Positions 59,401 through 64,000 of a DNA stretch of 64,000 nucleotides are shown here, one piece after another; positions within the stretch are counted from its first letter, which is position 1; each line of letters begins with the position of its first letter. Under the pieces are notes generated by a model, which was given only the letters and a program-made list of their open reading frames with translations, was not told the origin of the DNA and ran no database searches. The position numbers were made by a program, and so were the translations under genes. Origin of the DNA: Candidatus Obscuribacteraceae bacterium (lineage in GTDB: Bacteria; Cyanobacteriota; Vampirovibrionia; Obscuribacterales; Obscuribacteraceae). The stretch spans positions 64,001-128,000 of the forward strand of contig JBGAHS010000008.1 in the NCBI GenBank assembly GCA_044226015.1, in the 5' to 3' direction.

Positions 59401-59487
59401 TTTATGGAGAAAAGCCGGCGACACAGCTTCAACTGGCAGTCCGAGATTTTCTGCCACCTCAATTTCTGTGTGCTCGGGTCTCGTCAT
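56455..59487 (-). CDS. YfhO-family membrane protein (predicted GT-C glycosyltransferase) with inserted extracellular domain
   Basis: PLWNPLNGAGRPFIGD, HPE, FDLASIKYI, LYEN, DTFYPGWQVTVD, ANHAFRAV. ATG 59487 has a GAGGTGGA RBS; track start 59580 overlaps the upstream gene. Confidence 0.85.
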   Translation of the reverse strand: MTRPEHTEIEVAENLGLPVEAVSPAFLHKPLFDIRGLLLDFVCGLVLLACVLFPFAGTFQSGKTVSSIGLLQQIDYLQNPARTEPFFITKDPSASLLHIPNELFYKQCSSEIPLWNPLNGAGRPFIGDFQTLLFSFFHTYFPVDNAALYNWAILSKLVLGSLGAYLLARFCGLSRISSLMIGQAFVLCGRSLNLLELCDNACFYPWSILMAMWATSKKSIHRPALFALFVAALAYNMHPETFFCAASVGYLVLLLRAYSMWSGSLQKRAAMATLFCLSSATVSLLVAAPLLVTFVEFVKNGMSYKFQDEKVAFVSLWSFVSESFAPYDGTGCYMGAAVAILLPVGAFFLWKKQRELAIVAALTFVFITRPGALENILSMAPFSYFLPTYAQMVLILMALLSAGLSLDVLSSPASKPMLKEVCNSFWTKAAYAVWLALGSAFFLLQVPFVNNFLCDKTDFIYDLASVEKPVLLASLFSVFVSAAIVFAIFKLKSPKSAVQTGLVAALAINNAILVEVCASKFLPVQEASWYQKPAIIQELARVQENSPFRTIASSYDVFIPCANMVFGLDNFGSTSPLHPTRYANYSRLMGLRDAFCNIAECPREVNHLFDLASIKYIVSKKPLAVANANQELALLPSFPFLKPDSQAAIEQVVAGEERIQFKDARKLAPALRINSADLRVNKSHGQITGKVCLTIHQMGSRVYNYQILLKASNNATVWSSYPRREPIEDLSRKLKDNVYEIPVAVSIPKSAESPLKLILSVRHGFAAADASELVLAELDMTESIAPNRAASNTSDVVSNTVSNADAEPTRTDRFNVVFESTDGLRLYENLAAKANCYLVHEADLVGNAKESFESIKSPAKDWKNGCVLEVSEADKKRAVQNGFTAGFEFLKQSTDNKVSLGAPSGTDVVRILDKSANVVSVLALSEKPSFLILTDTFYPGWQVTVDSKPSHIFAANHAFRAVYIPSGRHFVSFEFKPANLDWRLMIAGLLIGFGAVIAGLFLSFGSKKKD

Positions 59488-59497
59488 TGTCTCCACC

Positions 59498-60019
59498 TCA
59501 CGACCCCGTCCAGCAGTAAAGGTGTCCAACAAAATCAGCGGACTTGTCTCTATAGTCGAGCTGCGCACCACTCTTGCCACTATTGAAGTAATAGTATTCA
59601 GAAGGCTTGCTGCATGTATTCAGCTTCAATTCAAGATCATCATGCGATGATTGCATTGACAGCTTTGTTTGCAAAAGCCTCTCTAAAGTTGCAAGAGCTT
59701 GATCGCGCGCGACACCCGCTCCCCAGAAAACCTCAGCAGCGTAGACCTTGCCGTCACGGCAATGCAGGGTGTAATTTCCGCCAGAGCTGTCAGCGCTCTT
59801 ACTCTCGTATTGCGTCTTGCCGCCAAAGTGTCCTTTTTCGTTGTACCGGAATGTTTTCCAGGACATGCGAACGGCACTAGTATGCGTGCCCAATACAACG
59901 GAGTTCGGCTGAACCCTGGCTCTCAGTGTACGTGCCCAGGCAACAAAAACCACGGCACTGACAATCAATGCACAGAGTATTTTGATTTTCGTTGTGAAAA
60001 ATTTGGACACTGAAATCAC
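59498..60019 (-). CDS. Hypothetical membrane-anchored protein
   Basis: N-terminal TM helix and a small soluble domain. Tight spacing within the operon (31-nt and 10-nt gaps). Confidence 0.7.
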   Translation of the reverse strand: MISVSKFFTTKIKILCALIVSAVVFVAWARTLRARVQPNSVVLGTHTSAVRMSWKTFRYNEKGHFGGKTQYESKSADSSGGNYTLHCRDGKVYAAEVFWGAGVARDQALATLERLLQTKLSMQSSHDDLELKLNTCSKPSEYYYFNSGKSGAQLDYRDKSADFVGHLYCWTGS

Positions 60020-60050
60020 CGCTAGTTAAGCAAAAGAAAACTGCCTCCCC

Positions 60051-60671
60051 TCAAAACAAGGTATATATCAAAGGCGCCAAACCTGTACTCTGTGCGAACA
60101 CACCGAGCACTCCTATTACAAGAAACAGCACCAGGCTCGGCATGAACAAAATCTCGCCGTGACTGGCGAAATAACCAAGAACTTGCAATGGTTGAAGAAA
60201 CGCGTTTTGCTTTCCTGCTTTGCCCGAAATAGCAACCAAGTTACCTTCATCGGTGCTCTTCTTCGCACACCAACCCTCAATTTTTGCAGGCGTCTGACCC
60301 GATTCCCAGGCGTAAAATGGGTCGCGACCTTTGGTGGCTTGAAACAGTAAACCAACGGGTAAGATAGCGACGAAATAAAGAACAGCAAGAAGTACACGGA
60401 AAAGCTGAGTGGCCACGAAGCCACCAACTTTCTTCATCAACTCTTGTGGATATTCAAGCAATTGCGGTGCTACTAGAGCGAACGCTAGCAAGGTCAAACC
60501 AGCGATGATGCCTAAGCCCCAGCCTTCTTCCAACAAAATGAAGTACTTGAAAGAGCCCATCAGGGTGAACACCCATCCGAGCATAAGGCCGAACAAGAGG
60601 TTCGCTTTAAGTGCTTCGTCAAACTTTCGCTTTTCGAGGTTTTGTAAATAACGGCTCTTAGTCAAGATCAA
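60051..60671 (-). CDS. SxtJ-like membrane protein fused to an SxtK/DUF5989-like peptide
   Basis: N-part has the SxtJ pattern (..APQLL...VGGFVATQLFRVLLAVLYFVAILPVGLLF...GRDP). The last ~45 aa have the DUF5989 pattern ending GLAPLIYTLF. Overlaps the carbamoyltransferase stop; GAGGAGG RBS, TTG start at 60671 or 60665. Confidence 0.8.
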   Translation of the reverse strand: MILTKSRYLQNLEKRKFDEALKANLLFGLMLGWVFTLMGSFKYFILLEEGWGLGIIAGLTLLAFALVAPQLLEYPQELMKKVGGFVATQLFRVLLAVLYFVAILPVGLLFQATKGRDPFYAWESGQTPAKIEGWCAKKSTDEGNLVAISGKAGKQNAFLQPLQVLGYFASHGEILFMPSLVLFLVIGVLGVFAQSTGLAPLIYTLF

Positions 60672-62496
60672 ACCTCCTCAACCAGCCTTCACGTTCCGCT
60701 TCAGACAACGGACGGTTTGACTGTTCCTCACGATCGATAAAACGATTTCCCACAACAAGGCAATCAATTTCTGTGGCCATCAAACAGCGGTAAGAATCTT
60801 CCACTGTGTTGACGATGGGCTCACCGCGCACATTAAAAGAAGTATTCACAATTACGGAGCACCCCGTCTTGTCCTTGAATCTTGAAATAACCTGCGTCAT
60901 AAATGGATTGCGATCACCATCTATTGTCTGCACGCGGGCTGAATAGTCGACGTGCGTGATAGCCGGAATTTCAGAGCGAATTTGCTTGAGCTTGTCGATT
61001 CCAAAAGCACCATCTTCCTCAATTTTCTTGCGACGTTTTTCCAAAACCGGATAAACAAGCAACATGTAAGGACTTTCCTGCCGAACATCAAAATACTCAG
61101 ACGCATCTTCAGCAAGTACCATTGGCGCGAAAGGTCTAAAGCTCTCGCGGAATTTGACTTTCAGATTCAAACGAGTCTGCATCGAAGTATCACGTGCATC
61201 TCCCAATATTGAACGACTTCCGAGAGCACGCGGACCGAATTCTGCTCGTCCCCTGGCTAAAGCGACTACGCGACCTTTCGAAATCTCCTCAGCAATTCTG
61301 TCTGCAAGCTCTTCTTCATCGTGTGTCTTCCAAACTGCTCCGAGGCGATTCAACACTTCATCGTCATCAGCGGAAGATGGTGGAATTTCGAAGCCAAGGA
61401 ATGAGCCTTGCATGTCATCAGGCACCCCAGCCCTACGGCTGTTGCCCAGAACCTGATACCACAACCATTGTGCAGCCCCGAGCGCACCGCCGGCATCACC
61501 TGCTGCAGGCTGAATCCAGATTTTGTCGAAGGGTCCCTCTCTGGACAGCAATCCAGTTGCCACCACATTCAGTGCAACGCCACCAGCGAGCACAAGATTT
61601 TTCATTCCAGTCTGCTTGTGAACATAATCACCCATTTTCAAGATAATCTTGTTGAGTACAGCTTGAACACTAGCTGCAAGGTCCATCTCTTTCTGGGTTA
61701 TCAAAGACTCGGCTTCTCGCGGAGGTCCACCGAATAACTCATGAAATTTGTCATTGGTCATGGTCAGACCGCCGACATAATTGAAGTATTTCTGATTCAG
61801 AGCAATGGCACCATCGTCGTTGACCTTCATCAGTTCTTTCTCGATGAGATCAACGTATTTGGGCTCACCATATGGCGCAAGACCCATCAACTTGTATTCG
61901 CCAGAATTGATTTTGAATCCTGTATAGCTGGTGAAAGCTGAATAAAGCAAACCAAGCGAGTTCGGGAAGCGAATATGGTGTGTCAAATCTACCTTGTTGT
62001 CCTTTCCAACACCATATGTTGTTGTAGACCATTCGCCCACACCATCAATCGTGAGAATTGCTGCTTCCTGGAAAGGCGAGGGGAAGAATGCGCTTGCGGC
62101 ATGCGACAAATGGTGGTCGCAGTAGTAAACACGCTTATCTACACCAAGCTCAGATGCGATCTGGCGACCAATCCAGAGCTTCTTTGTCAACCACGAAGGC
62201 ATCGAGCGCAAGAAGCTAGTCAGGCTAGCAGGTGCAGTCGCATGATAAGTAGTGAGCAGGCGCTCAAACTTGGCGTAAGGGCTTTCGTAAAAGACAACAT
62301 AATCTATGTCCTGCTCAGTAATTCCAGCTCTCTCAAGACAGAAGGAAACAGCGTTATGAGGAAAGTTGCTATCGCCTTTTATTCGGGTGAAGCGCTCTTC
62401 CTGAGAAGCCGCGACAATTACACCATCTTCCAACAGCGCTGCTGCTGAATCATGATAGTAAGCTGATATTCCGAGTATTCGTACTTTCTTTGACAT
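60658..62496 (-). CDS. O-carbamoyltransferase (NodU/CmcH/SxtI family)
   Basis: ILGISAYYHDSAAAL, EERFTR.K, HHLSHAASAF, DGVGEW, GEYKLMGLAPYG, QPAAGDAG, EFGPRALG.RSIL, KFRESFRPFAP, THVDYSARVQT, NTSFNVRGEPIV. Confidence 0.96.
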   Translation of the reverse strand: MSKKVRILGISAYYHDSAAALLEDGVIVAASQEERFTRIKGDSNFPHNAVSFCLERAGITEQDIDYVVFYESPYAKFERLLTTYHATAPASLTSFLRSMPSWLTKKLWIGRQIASELGVDKRVYYCDHHLSHAASAFFPSPFQEAAILTIDGVGEWSTTTYGVGKDNKVDLTHHIRFPNSLGLLYSAFTSYTGFKINSGEYKLMGLAPYGEPKYVDLIEKELMKVNDDGAIALNQKYFNYVGGLTMTNDKFHELFGGPPREAESLITQKEMDLAASVQAVLNKIILKMGDYVHKQTGMKNLVLAGGVALNVVATGLLSREGPFDKIWIQPAAGDAGGALGAAQWLWYQVLGNSRRAGVPDDMQGSFLGFEIPPSSADDDEVLNRLGAVWKTHDEEELADRIAEEISKGRVVALARGRAEFGPRALGSRSILGDARDTSMQTRLNLKVKFRESFRPFAPMVLAEDASEYFDVRQESPYMLLVYPVLEKRRKKIEEDGAFGIDKLKQIRSEIPAITHVDYSARVQTIDGDRNPFMTQVISRFKDKTGCSVIVNTSFNVRGEPIVNTVEDSYRCLMATEIDCLVVGNRFIDREEQSNRPLSEAEREGWLRRFDLD

Positions 62497-62506
62497 GTCC
62501 TTTCTC

Positions 62507-63997
62507 TTATTGATTGAATTGAACTAAAATCATGTTGTTCGGTCCATCAAGCTCAGCACTGAGCAAGACTTCATCGATGACAGTGTTATCGGGCAGTTTG
62601 AAGTTGCACTCATTCCCCTTCTTTGTGCCGAAGTCCTTCAACGCAACAGTGTCAGCATATTTGCTTGGGTCACCCGCTCTAACAGCGAGTGAAACACTTG
62701 CCAGACTTTTTCCAGCGATATGAATTGATTTAGCTGAAACTGGCATCGCCAAATTGAGCTGAATGTATGGCCTCTGCAAGGGCAGCTGAAGAAAGTCCTT
62801 GGCATTCGTCGGATAGTACATAGTGTATGTATTGGTGTTGGTCTTTTTGCAGGCAATCAAAGGCGGAATGAAATCATTTATCTCTGGCTCTTTGGCAACA
62901 GTCACCGAAGCAGTCTTCGGACCAAGAATGTCCTTGTAATTTTTTTCTATGAAATCGGCTGCTGATGTGGCATAAAAGTGGGTAAGAGGCAGTGCGGGAT
63001 GACCATTGACCGGGCTAGCAGCCAAACTCTTGTTGCCGGCACCCGAGCTGCGAGAACGTTCAGCTGTCCACGCCATCATTCCATCAAATAGATTAAGAAA
63101 AGGCACGCCATTGCTTCTGTACAATTTCTCTATCGGGTTGTACAAGACACTAGCATCTGCAGTCGGCAATGGAAGAGCAACAGAGAAAACTGGCTTCCCG
63201 GACTCCTTCGCGAATGCGCCCAGTCCGGCTACGGTATTTTCGTACGCCTTCCAGTTTTCACCCTCAAGAAGTTTCTCCTGCCAGACTTTGTACTCGTAGC
63301 CAGCGGGTCCACTCTTCTTCGAGATGAGCTTTCCATCCCGCAAGCGATTCAATTGAAAAGAAAGATTGGGAAATACGGAAGACATAGACTGAATTAAGCC
63401 TGAAACCTGGTCTTCTCCACCAGAAACAAGCTGTTTAACGAAGCCACTACCAGCGGTATCACCACCTTCGTCAGGGTCGTTAGCCACGTAACCGAATACT
63501 ATTGCATCAGGACTGTACTCCTCGTTCAATTTTTTCGCCCATACTAGCTCTTTGTTGGTCGGAGCGCCACAAGCACCTGCTCCGATGACCTGAACATTCT
63601 GGAAACCTCGACGAAGCAACTCAATCTGAAGCTGACGCCACCAGATATCGTTCATATTCTCCAGCCCATCTCCCCAGGCGAACGAATCACCTATAACTAG
63701 AATTCGTTTCATTCCCTCAGCAGATTTACTGACTTGAAACGCCTCGGACCGCCACAACGGGTCGCTGGCGGTGCCTAAATTGCGTTCCGCCATGAAAGAG
63801 TAGACTCGCTTGTTGTGCTCGACCCATTCAGGTGAAGCGATGCTGCCTTTCCGAGCCAAATCAGGCAAAAGAATGCGATCGATACAAGCTAAGACAAGCA
63901 GAACAACCAGAATCGAGCAAAGAAAATAGAAAACTGACTTGAGCGGCAAAATCTGCAAGCGATTTTTGCTACCACCCTGAACAACGGAAGAAACCAC
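62507..63997 (-). CDS. Membrane-anchored SGNH/GDSL-fold protein; 5' end may lie beyond the window
   Basis: TM helix, block I ILVIGDSFAWG, block II GACG, block III YVAND, block V NGHP. The frame is still open at 64000. Confidence 0.85.
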   Translation of the reverse strand: MVSSVVQGGSKNRLQILPLKSVFYFLCSILVVLLVLACIDRILLPDLARKGSIASPEWVEHNKRVYSFMAERNLGTASDPLWRSEAFQVSKSAEGMKRILVIGDSFAWGDGLENMNDIWWRQLQIELLRRGFQNVQVIGAGACGAPTNKELVWAKKLNEEYSPDAIVFGYVANDPDEGGDTAGSGFVKQLVSGGEDQVSGLIQSMSSVFPNLSFQLNRLRDGKLISKKSGPAGYEYKVWQEKLLEGENWKAYENTVAGLGAFAKESGKPVFSVALPLPTADASVLYNPIEKLYRSNGVPFLNLFDGMMAWTAERSRSSGAGNKSLAASPVNGHPALPLTHFYATSAADFIEKNYKDILGPKTASVTVAKEPEINDFIPPLIACKKTNTNTYTMYYPTNAKDFLQLPLQRPYIQLNLAMPVSAKSIHIAGKSLASVSLAVRAGDPSKYADTVALKDFGTKKGNECNFKLPDNTVIDEVLLSAELDGPNNMILVQFNQ

Positions 63998-64000
63998 GCA

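Noticed and set aside
59498..64000. Saxitoxin biosynthesis cluster (sxtI/J/K/L-like genes)
   Set aside because: No sxtA, sxtG, sxtB or other core genes are in the window, and the neighbours are glycan-related membrane proteins. Sequence beyond 64000 is unseen.
1..64000. tRNA/rRNA genes and the many 60-175-aa alternative-frame ORFs in the track
   Set aside because: No cloverleaf or rRNA signature was noticed on manual reading, and tRNAscan or Infernal would be decisive. The short ORFs overlap well-supported genes and lack motifs.

Overview
Gene-dense bacterial chromosomal window with about 41 likely CDSs. I found no rRNA, tRNA, CRISPR array or prophage. The gene mix (Cache-HAMP-GAF-GAF-GGDEF cyclase, cyanobacterial-style GHL10 hydrolase, Rpn/DUF4351 nuclease, Hanks kinase, many GT-C/YfhO proteins, no photosynthesis genes) suggests a non-photosynthetic cyanobacterial relative (Vampirovibrionia/Melainabacteria, Obscuribacterales-like). 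That placement is an inference only. Housekeeping genes include folK, etfBA, sbcC, rsmG, malQ, purB and icd. The most interesting region is 49-64 kb. It holds four predicted GT-C-fold glycosyltransferases, one of which ends a tight minus-strand operon: SGNH protein, O-carbamoyltransferase, SxtJ-SxtK(DUF5989) fusion, small anchored protein, YfhO. The fusion protein ends in LIYTLF-COOH, which resembles the Tyr acyl-shuttle hexapeptide of DltX/AlgI. This points to a possible trans-membrane O-carbamoylation system for surface glycans. Other oddities are a multicopper-oxidase-fold protein lacking nearly all copper ligands, an orphan emfourin-like inhibitor, a 1181-aa repeat protein with an HPD-less J-like domain, a SuFu-like gene coupled to a short ORF, and several structured or repetitive intergenic elements. 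All family calls come from motif recognition by eye; no database search was run.
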